From positions 2,604,001 through 2,668,000 of the forward strand of contig NC_043005.1 of the NCBI RefSeq assembly GCF_006345805.1: a DNA stretch of 64,000 bases, read 5' to 3'. The translations under genes were made by a program, and so were the position numbers. This document shows, piece after piece, positions 37,961-51,359 of this stretch; position 1 is the first letter of the stretch; each line of letters begins with the position of its first letter. Origin of the DNA: Octopus sinensis. Lineage: Eukaryota. Under the pieces are notes generated by a model. That model was not told the origin of the DNA, searched no databases, and worked only from the letters and a program-made list of their open reading frames with translations.

Positions 37961-39499
37961 TTTCTCCTATTTTTCAATTATTATAAATTTTCCTCTGAGA
38001 TATATATATAAATTTTCCAACAAAGATACAAGGCTCCATCTTTGGGATGCAGTTAACATAGACAAATTCACAAATGGAACTTGACAAAAGTCTTCCATAT
38101 TTTTACTATTCCACTCACAGGTTGCACTTATGTATGTATGTATGTATGTAGTATGTATGTATGTATGTATGTATGTATGTATGTATCTATGTATGTATGT
38201 ATGCATGCATGCATGCATGCGTGCGTGCGTTCGTGCATGCATGCATGCATGCATGCATGTATGTATGTATGTATGCATGTACGTACGTACGTACGTACGT
38301 ATGTATGTATGTATGCATGCATGAATGTATGTATGTATGTATGTATGTATATATGTCTGTACGTATGTATGTATGTATGTATGTATGTATATATGTATGT
38401 ACGAACTCTACACACACACAGTTATATCATTATACCTTGTATTATATTTGAAGACTTGCTTGCAACTGCGCGCGATAGTGTGTGTGTGTGTCTGCGTGTG
38501 TGATGTGTGATGTGTGTGTGTTTAAATATATTATATAATACCTATGTACACGTATAGTAGTTTTGAGAATTGTAGACTGCTGTGTTAACGATGTTGGTGT
38601 GATGATCGTGATAGTGGTTGCAGCTATGGCGGCGGCAGCGGCGGTGGTGTAGGTGGTGGTGGTGGTGGTGTAGGTGGTGGTGGTGGTGGTGGTGGTGGTG
38701 AGCTTTTTTTTTATTGGAATGTGCAGCAGACATGGTGGTTCGAGTTTGGAGATTAATGTAAAGTGTCAACACAGCACAGATGTGACTTGATTGTGTGACG
38801 CACAGACAGAATTGAGACGAGGGATGGGGGAGGTTATGGAAATAGGGTGATGATGGCTCAGAGGTAGGAGCTACGGTAGAGGGGGAGAAGGAGGAATAGT
38901 TTTTAAGGAGGAAATGAAGAAAGGTTGAGTGAGAGAGGGAGAGTGGGAGAGTGAGACAGAGAAGATGGGAGAGGGCGAGGGGGTCTTTGATGGGGGGGTC
39001 TTATGGAGAAGGTAGGGAGTGAGTAGGTGAAAGGAAAGGGGAAAATGAGGGAATTGTAGAAAAATGGAGAGAAAAGAGCGAATGTGGAGGGAGAGAGAAT
39101 GTCAAAGAAAAGGAGAATAAAAAGAGAGAGAGAGGGAGGTGAACAGGCAGACAGACAGACAGAACTTTAACAAATAAAAAGGGCGTGAGAATTACAGAAG
39201 TAAAAGTAGGAAAAAACTGTAGAACGAGAAGAAGACATAAAGAGATTGGAAAGTAAACAGACAGACAGGCAGACAGACAGGGGGACTGACAGGAGGACTG
39301 ACAGGAGGACTGACAGGTGGGTAGGTTAGTAGATAAATTAATAAGAGAGTGGGTGACAATGTAGGAAGATAGGGAGAGAGATATGGCGATTGGTGGGTAC
39401 TTAATAAAGGTAAGCTCGTAGGAAGGATAGGCAGGTGTGTGCATAATAGATATAGAAATTCTTAAATGTCTCAGACAAAATCTTTTCAAGTTTGGTTTC

Positions 39500-39930
39500 G
39501 AGAATTTTTCTCAACAAACATTTCAAGATCATTGTCGACCTTGAGATCCTTGGGGGTCAACCTTAAGCCTCTGTCCCAAGGTCTTTGCTGACTGGACAGT
39601 CTGTCTTCAATATAGGGGTGAGACATTAGCAATACATAAGCAGCACATTGGGAGACGAATTAGGGTCAAATCGAAACAGCTTCTACAAAGTCAACATCAG
39701 AAGCTTTCAATCCATTCTTTAGAGGCCTCAGCTGAGATAGATTTAAAATGTAGTGCGCATGTCTGACACGTGACTCGCACAAAGGACCCACGACAGAGGA
39801 TCGACTCCCTGTTTTAGGATCAAAGGAAGGGTTCAAAAACCAGCTAAAGGTCACTTTGAAGAGGAATAATATGAGGTCAGGCATGAGAGGATGCGCCGTT
39901 GCAGGGCATCGCTGCATCCACCATTTATCA
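39500..39930 (+). mobile_element. Highly decayed RTE LINE 3' fragment
   Basis: GFKNQLKVTLK resembles RYKDQLKQSLK of the RTE at 29300-29758. Confidence 0.4.
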
Positions 39931-40864
39931 ACCACGCCTCGCCCTTTTAATGCGAAATGCTGCCAGGCTCTGGATTATTGCTGAGTTGTTAAAGCTCGCA
40001 ATGTACAGAGCAATGGTTATCAAGTGGAGTCCATATGGCCCTTGAGGGTTCGTGTAAGATTTTGTTGTTAAAGTTTATGGGCAATAAATTGGACTTACAC
40101 AAGGCAAAAGTTATTTTAACAATTTTCAAATAATTCCAAATATTTAATTATAAAAATATAATAGAATTTTTTAAGGTCCAGTAGCAAAAAAGGGAAACCC
40201 AGGGGATCCATAGGTAAATAAATGGTTGAGAACTGCTGGTATAAAGATATGTAGAGAAAAGGGTCAACTGTGTTGATTTCGGGTGCGAATGAAGACAGTT
40301 TGAGAACTCTCATTTAGAGACTCTTTAGACCGGCGCTTGTAGACAGCTTTCAAAATTCCTTGCAATGGCAATGCTGCAGGTCTCATTAGAATTCTATGAA
40401 CCCGGAAGTTGCAGCAACTTGACTTGGCAGTGATTCACACACAGACACGAAGCTATCTGCTCTCACTTGTCCAGTGTTTGTGCGTTGCTAACGGTAGCAA
40501 TTTTCCACCCGGGTTAACGCCTCACCACTTTTGTCAAAAACCACTCGAAGAGGGGGATTATTGATTGTTTAACCTCTTCTTATTAGAGTCCTTTTTGTTG
40601 TTATTGTTGTTGTTGTTTGTATATTTTATTTATTCATAGTTTGTTTTTTGTTGATCTCGCTTTATATTTTACTCGATGTAAACAAGCGTTCGTGTGTTTC
40701 GTTCTTGCTCAATCCCAAACGCATTGGGTCCCTGGGGTCTCTATCGTAGCAAAACTGTTTCAGCGCCTGAAATACCTTGTGGTATTTACTCTGGGCTTTT
40801 ACATTCTAAGTTCAAATCTGCTGGAGTCAACTTTACCTTTTAACTTTCCTGGGCCGACAAAATA

Positions 40865-41062
40865 AAGGACATTTGAGAGTTCTTCGCTTTGAAACCAAAA
40901 GAGTTTTACATTGATGGGATTAAAAAGCTTGTCAATAGATGGAAGGAAGTCATAGACAATCAGGGAAAGTACATTGGTGATTAAATTTCAATTAAATATA
41001 ATATTTGATCACTTGTTTTCTTTATTCAAAATTTGGACAGAACTTATGGGATGACCTGATAC
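40865..41062 (+). mobile_element. Mariner 3' end with TIR
   Basis: KPKEFYIDGIKKLVNRWKEVIDNQGKYI; aaatttggacagaacttatgggatgacctgata. Confidence 0.85.
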
Positions 41063-41246
41063 AATACAATTGTATATTTACAAACCAAAGCAGATAAAAA
41101 AAGCTAGCTCATCGGGTCAACAGAAGTGGTTTCGGTTTTCCATACATTGTATATTTAAAGAGGAAACTTTGTATGTATACTTAGAGTTGAAACATGGGGT
41201 AGCAAGGATGTTCGGCTGATCTAATGAGCTGGATTTCTTTATCTGC

Positions 41247-41341
<95 letters not shown>

Positions 41342-41907
41342 TCTGCATATGTATCCACATATGTATGTGTGTGGGGGTATGCACTTGTGTGTTGACACAA
41401 GGTATACACACCCTCACACACACACAACTACAAAAAAAATTAAAGTATTCTCTCTCTCTTTCCCTCGCCACCGCCAAACACACCACTCAACACGCCAACC
41501 CCAATACCAGTCACCGATGCAACAAAACCATTACATTTAAATTATTAGAAAGAGTCTGATGGCAGCTGATGAGAGAAAAAAAAGAAACCGATGGAGACGA
41601 GGTGGGGTGACGCCCTAAAATTTTATTTCAACGTTCCTTTTTTTTATTCTATTTTATTGCGATTAGTTCTTGTTGTTGACGATGATGATGACGACGGGAA
41701 ACGGGTGACAAGTGTCTGGCAGCCTGCCAGACAAGACGGGTGGAGGGAGAGACAGCATTTGGTCAGTAAAAGAGGGCGCTAATTACCTAAACATAACTCA
41801 ATAACTTAACCAACAAACAAATATATACACATGTATGTTTATATGAATGTATATATACATACATACATACATACATACACACATTCATACACACACACAC
41901 ACACACA

Positions 41908-41968
<61 letters not shown>

Positions 41969-42126
41969 ATATACACATATATATACATATATATATGGCG
42001 AGCTGGCAGCGTCGTTAGATCGCATTGAATGTATTGTGGTATTTGTTCCGTCAATCCTGAGTTTAAGTTCAAATCCGGCCATGGCCCACTTGTATGATCT
42101 ACTTTAACCTTTGGAGTTGTCTAAAT

Positions 42127-42291
42127 CGGTGGTTCCCAACCTGGGGTCTGCAAAGGTAGTACTGAGGTCCGTGAACTAAATTCAAAATTTCACATACATG
42201 CATACATACATAAGGATAAAAATATTAAAAGGGGTCCATAGGGAAAACTCATTTCAGTAAAAGGGTAGGGAACCAGTGTTGGGAACCACTG
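42127..42291. mobile_element. hAT-type MITE, 165 bp
   Basis: TIRs CGGTGGTTCCCAAC / GTTGGGAACCACTG and 8-bp TSD GTCTAAAT (42119-42126, 42292-42299). Confidence 0.9.
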
Positions 42292-42548
42292 GTCTAAATA
42301 TTTCATGTGATGCTTTGGCTACTTTTGCAGCGTGCACTCTGTTGTGAGCATTTGACCCAGAGCTCTAGTATCAGAAAGCCTTCCCCGGCCTCGGAGGCCT
42401 GGGATAAGTCGAAGGCACTGCTTTCTTTCATTGATGTTTCTAGAAGAAATCTTACTCAGATGTAATCAAGGGTTTTTTTTTATGATGTGGGGGTTGTGTT
42501 TATTTCAGAAAACAGTAACATTGAGTTTTTACAAACAAACTCAGAAGC

Positions 42549-42697
42549 ACGTTGCTTACATTGGACGGATACGTGTCTTCATCTTCTTTGTTGTTACCAC
42601 AAAGTCTTTTCTATTGATTTACTCTCCAGCCTTCATCAGGTGTCCCGGTAAAATTTTCATGGGGTGGGTTCTCATTCCTAAGTTACTTTTTTGCTAA

Positions 42698-42734
<37 letters not shown>

Positions 42735-44006
42735 GTTGTTGTTGTTGTTGCTGTTGTTGTTGCCTCTGCACAGCTTCTAACGCTGAAGATGTACTACAGT
42801 GTCAGCTGTTCACTACCAGTGAACTAAGGTAACACCTCTTATTTTGCGAGCACCTTCCGGAGTATTCGAGCGGTTCCAAGTAGTGCTGTTTTCTGCAAGT
42901 GCTCCAACCTTATTACAGCCCCTACTTGTTCTACGTACTTCTCGAGATTTTTGCTCACTGTTCCCAGGGCTCCGACAATTATTGGTACTACTGCTACCTT
43001 TTTCATCGACCACAACTGCTTAACCTCCCAAGCTAACCTGTCATATCTCTCGACTTTTCTTTCTTCCTTCTCGCATACCTTGTTGTCAGCTGGGCATGCT
43101 ATATCTATGATAGTTTGTTTTCTTTCTTAATCAAGACTATGTCCGGCCTCCTATTCTCTATCTCATGGTCGCACTGAATCATAAAATCCCATAGGATCTT
43201 TGCATTTCTATTTTTCAAAGATGCCTTTAGGTTTGTGGTCGTACCAATTTTTTGCTCTTTCAAGTCCATACTTGTTGCAGAGTGTCCAATGGACAAGCCT
43301 GGCTATATTGTCGTAGCGTCTCTTATATTCCTTCTGGGCTAGTGGCCTACATTGACTGGTAATATGCCATGTTGATTCACCGGTTTGTCCACAGATTCTA
43401 CACTTATCACTTTCTACTGTGTTGTCTATTCTGTATTTTATGTAGTTTGTTCTTAGTGCTTGCTTTGGGGCAGCACAGATTAGAGCCTCCGTTTCCGGTT
43501 TTAAATCCCTTTTAGTCGTCCACAACCATCTTTTTCTCTGTCTGTCTTATCTTCAACATCCCTATGAAATTGTCCATGCATTCTTTTCTTTATCCACCTA
43601 TTTTCAGTTCCATTCGTTTTCAATTTCTTGTACAGTACTTTATCTTTCCCAACTTTCATCCTACACAAACCTGACCTTCCTACTTCTAATAATAGCGGTT
43701 CTGTGGCATTTTTTATATACCGTGCTATGTTGTCTTCTTCTGCTCTAATGCTGTGTTCGCATCCAATCAGCCCTCTTCCCCCTCTTTTTCTTGGTACATA
43801 CAGTCTGTCTGTGTCACTTTTTGGGTGGATTATCCCATATCTAGTTAGCAACTTCCTTGTCTTTCTGTCTAAGCTGTTTAGTTCTTCTATCTGCTTCATA
43901 ACCTCCCACGACGGTATTGTTAGCCTGTCCATACATATGATTTTACCTCTCTTCAAGACTAACACACCACACTTTCTTTATTATTATTATTATTATATTA
44001 TTATTA

Positions 44007-44057
<51 letters not shown>

Positions 44058-44065
44058 TATTATTA

Positions 44066-44130
<65 letters not shown>

Positions 44131-44231
44131 TATCCCACGTTGTGATAACAACAAACAAGATGAGGACACAAATCCGTCTAATGTAAATAATGTGCAGAAT
44201 TCCTCATCTCTAAAAAAAAATTTTTATATTG
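42549..44231 (-). mobile_element. Composite insertion: PLE-type hammerhead repeat, (TAA)n, Dong fragment, (TAA)n and inverted PLE tail, inside a 15-bp direct repeat
   Basis: aacaaactcagaagc at 42534-42548 and 44232-44246; 42545-42603 and 44137-44195 are inverted copies (about 83% identity by eye). Confidence 0.65.
42735..43975 (-). mobile_element. 5'-truncated Dong/R4-type LINE, frameshifted, (TAA)n on both sides
   Basis: ORFs 43501-43965, 43208-43525 and 43105-43296: LYVPRKRGGRGL, CRICGQTGESTWHITSQC, RRPDIVLIKK. Confidence 0.9.
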
Positions 44232-45079
44232 AACAAACTCAGAAGCGCCGAGTTCGCATTTTACAGAAAATAGAGGAAATCTCCAACGCAGGAGAGCTGT
44301 GTGATCCTCTGTAGTGAATCCCTTTTTCCGTCTTCTGCGGATATTTACTCCATTTTCTAAGTTGTTTCCATGGCTCCAATGAGTTCGAGATTTTCTTTAT
44401 TTTCCGTAAAATATCATCATTATGTTTTTTCGTGGTTTTATACCATTTCTTTCACCGACCTGTAAATAACAACTTTGTGTGTTTCTAGATAAGAGCTGTA
44501 TCGTCATGGAAAGGGGGTGTATAAAATTATATACACACACCTCATGTATGTTTATATTGCGGGGTTTGTTTGTTTAGACGTATTGGTTTTAGGGTTGTTT
44601 TTGTTTGTTGTTAATTGTTTCATCGAATCGGGAAGCGACAGAGTTGAACTGATTCGTGGGAGTTCCGTTATTGAATCGAAAATGGCTGCCGTACAATGTG
44701 TAGTTTGTAGATGGTCGGGCTCTGAGGGAACAGATTGTGTGTGAAGCTGTTATTACGGTCGTTGTTGTTGTTGTTTTGTAATTTGTAAACAAACTAAAAT
44801 TAATAACATTGTGCTTTTCAGCAGGCAAAAGTAATTTTCAATAAATGATTCTGAATTTTGTTTTGTTTTGTTGTTGTTTTTTGTCGTTTTTTGTTTTGTG
44901 GTGGGGGGATCGCTTTTTTTTTCGAAATATCGAAATTAAAATGAAACTCTATTGAAATTGAAACCAGTTGTCTGACCTCTGAATCACAAACATCTTGATA
45001 GCAATTTTATTTTTGATTGATTTTATACGACACTGCACCTTCCTCTTCTTCCTCCTCTTCCTCTTCTAAAAACCTAAAC

Positions 45080-45270
45080 GTAAAAAGACATCAAGTCCAA
45101 TCAGTTATGAGGTATCGTCTCACAGTTTAATTAACGCCACAGCTAAGTCACCACGTGATACAAAAATAGGTTAACACGTGACTGAATTTGTAAACTAGCA
45201 TTTGATTGGCAGACAAAACAGGAAGTGGGTGGGAAGGTTTAGTGGAAAGTTGATTTGGCGAAATATTGTG
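45080..45270. promoter_or_regulatory. Promoter-like motif cluster with no identified gene
   Basis: CCAAT 45097-45101, CACGTG 45152-45157 and 45175-45180, ATTGG 45205-45209, CAGGAAGT 45219-45226, TTTGGCG 45254-45260 in non-repetitive DNA. Confidence 0.4.
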
Positions 45271-45496
45271 ACAGGACCGACAACCATGCAGACGTCTAAC
45301 TTCCACATTACCGCAACATGAAACACAAAGAGATTCTAAAATTCTCCATTGTGTTTCTGGCGTCTGTAATAATAATGTGACGTTGTCTACATATATAGCA
45401 TCATTTCGCTTGAATCACTTACTTTCTTACGTCAGTAACAATATGGTGACGTTTTCTACACATATATACTACGTCATCTCATTATAACGTGTTACT

Positions 45497-45843
45497 TAGT
45501 TAGTTAGTTAGTTAATTTGGCTCAAAAGCAAATAGCAAGGCCATGTAGGGGGACATGGAGTTAAGTACAGGGTGGTGTTCATGTAAAGAGTTCAGGCCAC
45601 TTGAGGTCCAGGGAGGCTTTGAACAAAGCGGTCGTCGGCATCTTCACCATCTCGTCTGGCAGCTTGTTCCACGGATCCGCAACCCGGACGGAGAAAGCTC
45701 CTCTCCTTCGATTTAGATGAAATCGTCGCAGGTAGAGCTTTTCGGAATGACCCCGCAGCCGACGCTCCGGAGCAGGAGTGAAGAACAGCTCTTTCGAGAG
45801 GTTACACTTCCCGCTTATGATGTTGTGGGCGAGAATGAGATCA
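45497..45843 (-). mobile_element. CR1 LINE 3' end, same family as 15735-16603, with (TAAC)n tail
   Basis: DLILAHNIISGKCNLSKELFFTPAPERRLRGHSEKL; near-identical to 15735-16070. Confidence 0.93.
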
Positions 45844-45852
45844 TTACTCTCT

Positions 45853-46088
45853 AGAAGGCGGCGAGCTGGCAGAAACGTTAGCACACCGGGCGAAATGCTT
45901 AGCCGTATTTCGTCTGCCGTTACGTTCTGAGTTCAAATTCCGCCGAGGTCGACTTTGCCTTTCATCCTTTCGGGGGTCGATAAATTAAGTACCAGTTACG
46001 CACTGGGGTCGATGTAATCGACTTAATCCCTTTGTCTGTCCTTGTTTGTCCCCTTTATGTTTAGCCCCTTGTGGGCAATAAAGAAGCG
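45853..46088 (+). mobile_element. SINE family A, young complete copy
   Basis: tRNA-like head; 18-bp TSD tataacgtgttactctct (46089-46106), whose left copy is split by the CR1. Confidence 0.92.
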
Positions 46089-46809
46089 TATAACGTGTTA
46101 CTCTCTTACGTCAGTAATAACAGTATGACATTTTCTGCAAATATATATATACTACATCACACCTTAATAATGTTCTACTCTGTTACGCCACAAACGATAA
46201 TGTTCCGTCTTCTAAAAACTATAGAAATCATTTTACCATAAGTTGTTGTCTGATATTAAAGATTTACACGTGAGTTCATTGGGTCGATGCTGTGGCTCCA
46301 CTCTGTCGCAACGTCGAGTTTCTTGCGAGAGCAGTGATGCTGAACCGGGGTTCATAATGACCCTTGGAGATCCATATAAGATTTTGTTGTTAAAATTTAT
46401 GTGCTAAAGGTTCATTCAGGTAACTAATTCAATCTGTAATCACTCTGCTGTTACATGTTCCAATTCTGGTTCCGCTGGTCATTAACATGTTCAGTCTATA
46501 ACGGGTACGTTCTTTTTACCGCTGTTATACATTTTTGCGGGTGGCATTTCTGGTTACCCGAAGAGCCAACAGTAGGTTCAACCAGTTTACTATTCGAAAT
46601 TCATTGGTAGAGGAAAGTGTTTGAATAACTTAGGAGCTTTGTGTTTGTAGCATAAATACAGCTCAGGGATTATAAATTAAATATGGCTCCTCTGTGCCAA
46701 TAGATTTTTGGTTGTCATTGCGAATCTTTAACCGCAACCAAAATCTATAAACAATTGAACTGGAATTGAATTTCTGGGACACGGCTCGGAATTCTTTGCA
46801 TAGAACATT

Positions 46810-47190
46810 TCAAGCATGGCTGTATGATAAGAAGTTTGCTTCTCAACTATATGGTTCCGGGTTCAATCCCACTGCGTGGCACCTTGAGCAGGTGTCTTCT
46901 ATTATAGCCTAGGGTCAACCACAGCTTTCTAGAGGGATTTGGTAGACGGAAACTAAAAGAAACACGTCGTGTGTGTGTATGTGTGTGTAACTGTGTTTAT
47001 CCCCATCACCGCTTAACAACCGGTGTTGTTGTGTTTACGTCCCCGTAACTTAGAAACTTAGCAAAAGATACAGATAGAATAAGTAGTAGGCTTTAAGAAA
47101 AAGCACTGGAGTGGATTAATTCAGCTAAGAATTCTTCAAGGCGGTGCCATAGTCTAACGACTCAAACAAGTAAAAGATGAAAGACAAAAG
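46810..47190 (+). mobile_element. SINE family B
   Basis: Similar to 22576-23005. Confidence 0.85.
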
Positions 47191-47199
47191 ATAAGAGAA

Positions 47200-47330
47200 T
47201 AGTAAGCAAAACGGGTGTAGAATCGGCAGATTGCACAGTAAAAAGCTACATCGGCATAACTGAGGATACCTTCAAAGCTATTTGCATTCATAAAGCAGTC
47301 TTTCGTTTACATCCAGAAATAAGTGAAATG
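47200..47330 (+). mobile_element. Penelope GIY-YIG endonuclease fragment
   Basis: aaaagctacatcggcataactgaggataccttcaaa = KSYIGITEDTFK (YIGxT motif). Confidence 0.55.
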
Positions 47331-48309
47331 TCACAACTCTTTCGAAATACTTTTGGTTCGAGAAAGCAATCTCGTGGATTGACATACCTACATCAGCTGC
47401 AGTATCTTGTAACTTAGTGGTTCGACAAATAGATTACGACAGTTTACTTACGAAACTGAAATGAGGTATGAAATAAGCTGTGAAATAAGAATCGTAAAAC
47501 TTTTTAATGTTGAGCCCCCAGCATTGCCGCAGTCCAATGACAGAAACCATTAAAGAAATACAAGAATCTAAGACAAGATTATTCAATGTGGCCTTTGGGG
47601 GGACGAAAAGTTGTAATTTAAGAGCAATTTGGTTGCTATTTTTTGCATGTCGAGTGACCATATAGTGGACTGTTCGTTCATGCCGAGGGTTTTATCAGTG
47701 GGGAAAGTAGTTACGCAGGCATGAGTCTGTGTGTAGAGTCATGCACACGCACACACACGCACGCACGTATAAATATATACACGCTCATACATATATATAC
47801 ACACACACATACAGTAACACAGACATACATACACACACTGACAATCTATGTGATCACATACACATACGTATACATACACAAACACTCGCGCTCACACACG
47901 CACACATCTGCAGGTGCATATATACACGTACATATACACTCACTGTCACTACGTCTGCATGCACACATACACACACGCGCGCACACGCACGTACTCACAC
48001 ACACCTGTTATGACTTTTTATTGAAGTATCTTTGGTTTTTATTTATTTTTCATTTCTTTCTCGTCTTCGCCAGGATAAAGAATTGATTTTAGAGCGACAT
48101 CTTTTCTAATCACGTTATTTTTAACGACACCACCACAATGATGACGATGACGACGACGATGACGCTGATGATGATGATGATGATGATATGATGATGATGA
48201 TGATGATGAGATGATGATGATGATGATGACAAGAGGAGAATGCGGGAACGAAATTACGAAGAAGTATAGAAGAAAGGAGAAGGAATGAACGAAAGAAAAG
48301 GAAAAGAGA

Positions 48310-48640
<331 letters not shown>

Positions 48641-49027
48641 CATGATTGTTTAAATCGATACATAAAAAGAAGCAATGGTAGCGAAATAAAGAATACGGGA
48701 AGAAACGAAAATCGACAACAAATGCGTTCCACATGGTCGCTTCTGTCTTTTTTTTTTTTTTTGGCATGGTGACGAGAGGAATGAAAGCATATTTAAATAA
48801 ATATATAAATAAGGGGGTGGGGGTGGAAGAAAGGAAAAAGGAAAAGAAAGAAGGGATGGAAAGGAGCTAAGAAAGAGAAGTGGTTGACATATGAAAAGGG
48901 AAGTTTAGGTCTGACAAGTGGCACGCATTGTAGACCTATAACTGAGGTTCGGGTGGGAAAGAAAGAATACGGGTGTCAGAGCCATGTCATGAGAAACCAC
49001 TTTATCTCTCTCTCTCTTCTCTCTCTC

Positions 49028-49074
<47 letters not shown>

Positions 49075-49090
49075 CTCTCTCCTTCGCTCT

Positions 49091-49155
<65 letters not shown>

Positions 49156-49648
49156 GTAGCTGAACTAAAAGCATCATAATAAACATGGTTTAAATATTCG
49201 CAAACCTGACAAATTTATGGTTACATGTGTATATTTATGTGTTTCGCTTTCTTTTACTCGTTCTTCTTATTCTACCTCTCCCCTTCCCTTTCCCTCTCTC
49301 TATCTATTTATCTATTTATTTATCTCTCTCTCTCTCTCCCTCTCTCTCTCTCTCTGTCTCCTTCTCAGCTGCAAAATACACAGCCAGACGACACACCGGT
49401 TTCGTGTCGTCTGCCATTTGCAAGCCTTCTCAATAATCTGCCATCGTGACAACAAACATATCGACACAAAGCAAAATAACTGACGTCTTTTGAACGCAAC
49501 CTTCACCCCCACTCCTCCCACCTCCACCACCACCGCCATAAAAGAAAAACTAAAACCTCAACAGTTCTGCTTATTGCTAAATTTTCTTTATACATATATA
49601 CACACACATAAATGCATAGACACATACATAGATCGACGCATATATATT

Positions 49649-49679
<31 letters not shown>

Positions 49680-50993
49680 CACACACACACACTGTATATA
49701 TTTGTATCTTTTATCAATAACATGTTTCAGTCATTAGACTGCGACCATGCGCGTTTGCTTTTTTTAAAGTCGATCTTTTTAGTTACAAGGGAGTAAACAA
49801 ACCAACACCGGCTGTCAAGCGCTAGTGGAGGACAAACACGCGCATATGTATGTATTATGTATATATATACATATATGTGTGAGTGTGCGTGCACGCACGC
49901 GTGCGTGTGTTTCCAAGAGAACAAGATGTGATTTTATGGAGATTTAGCTGCTATTTCTAACAGGTTGAACGATCGCGTTAAAGTTCCTTGGCTGACTCGA
50001 ACCCAGCCTCTTCCATACTCTGATTGGTTGACTTTGTAAACGTTCCACTCCCTTCCTCATGTGTAGAAGAATGACACGGTCTACCGATCAGAGTCTCACG
50101 GGACCTTTGTACTTCTAACAGCATTTGGAAAGTAAGGCGGCAACAATGAAAAAAAAAACCTCCTCTCTATTGAATTAAGTCTTAAAGTTATAAAGCTATT
50201 TTAGATCTAATTAGTCGAGGTCATAACAATTTTATGACGTCGTTGGCTTATGACTTCGCTGACAGAATGACTATATAAATTTGTTTGAGATGCAATCTTA
50301 TTTAATACAAATTGTAGTTCTCTACCTAAAGTTAATCCAGGTAAATTCTCAACTATTCCGTTGATAACCTCCAGAGTTTGTTGTAAGCGATTTCGATGGA
50401 GTTAGCTGCTGCCTGTCTCTATATTCCTGCAAGAATTAGCATTTATGACTTGAAAACAAACAGATCAGTCAGTAAAACTGTCGTTAGTTCCAACTGGGAA
50501 AGATTTTAATTGATCAATTTTCTACTCAGAGAAATAGAATACGCCTGTCCATGATGCAGCAGCTGACGGCAATTTTCGAATTTATTCAGACATGAAACAA
50601 ACCAGATACACTTTTGACATCTTTCCTTGTGCATTCGGAATTCTTCACCTTTCAGAGTTTCTTCTTCTTATTGTCATCTTGGAGCATCGTTAGCTTCGAG
50701 GATTCGCCGATTCTTGCACATTTCACCGACACCATTATTTTTTTAGTGATCCGCTGAGTGAGATAGATTAAATAATGGAACTAATGGTTTCCAACCTCTA
50801 AATCTCCGGAAAAAAATCCCTCAGATATATATACACACATACATACATACATACATACACACATACATACATACATACATACATACATACATACATACAT
50901 ACATACATACATACATACATACATACACACACATACATACATACATACATACATACATACATACATACATACATACATACATACATACATACA

Positions 50994-51045
50994 TTATGGC
51001 TGCCCCCTCGTTATCGAGTATGGCCATTGCACGAAGTTACTGGTG
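50994..51045 (-). mobile_element. 3' tail of the (TATG)n-associated non-autonomous retroelement (copy 3)
   Basis: atggctgccccctcgttatcgagtatggccattgcacgaag is the reverse complement of about 1205-1250; preceded by (CATA)n. Confidence 0.8.
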
Positions 51046-51359
51046 CTGTGATCGAATGTGACTTTTTAGCCCAGCTAAAGATCTAATGTCTTGTACAGAA
51101 TTGGCAACAAAAATACATACATACATACATACATACATACATACATACATGCATACATACATACATACATACATACATACATACATACATACATACATAC
51201 ATACATACATACATACATTCATCTACCTGTACGGGCGGAGGTTCTACAATGTGGATGAAGTCGAAAACAGGTGGAGGGTTTGTTTGTTTTTTTTTACCTC
51301 TAAACCGGCCAAATGGCATAAACGCCGAATTGAATTTCTGGCACAATGGTGGTAATAGA

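Noticed and set aside
41560-41595. CTGATGA...GAAAC spacing (also CTGATGA at 11345 and on the minus strand near 20318)
   Set aside because: No stem II, or no adjacent GAAA and stem I; chance matches.
45317-45380. Signal-peptide-like MKHKEILKFSIVFLASVIIM
   Set aside because: Stops after 20 codons with no convincing donor.
50300-50760. Possible piggyBac-like or coding relic
   Set aside because: Only a vague LILAGI...LW resemblance across stops; cannot be supported.
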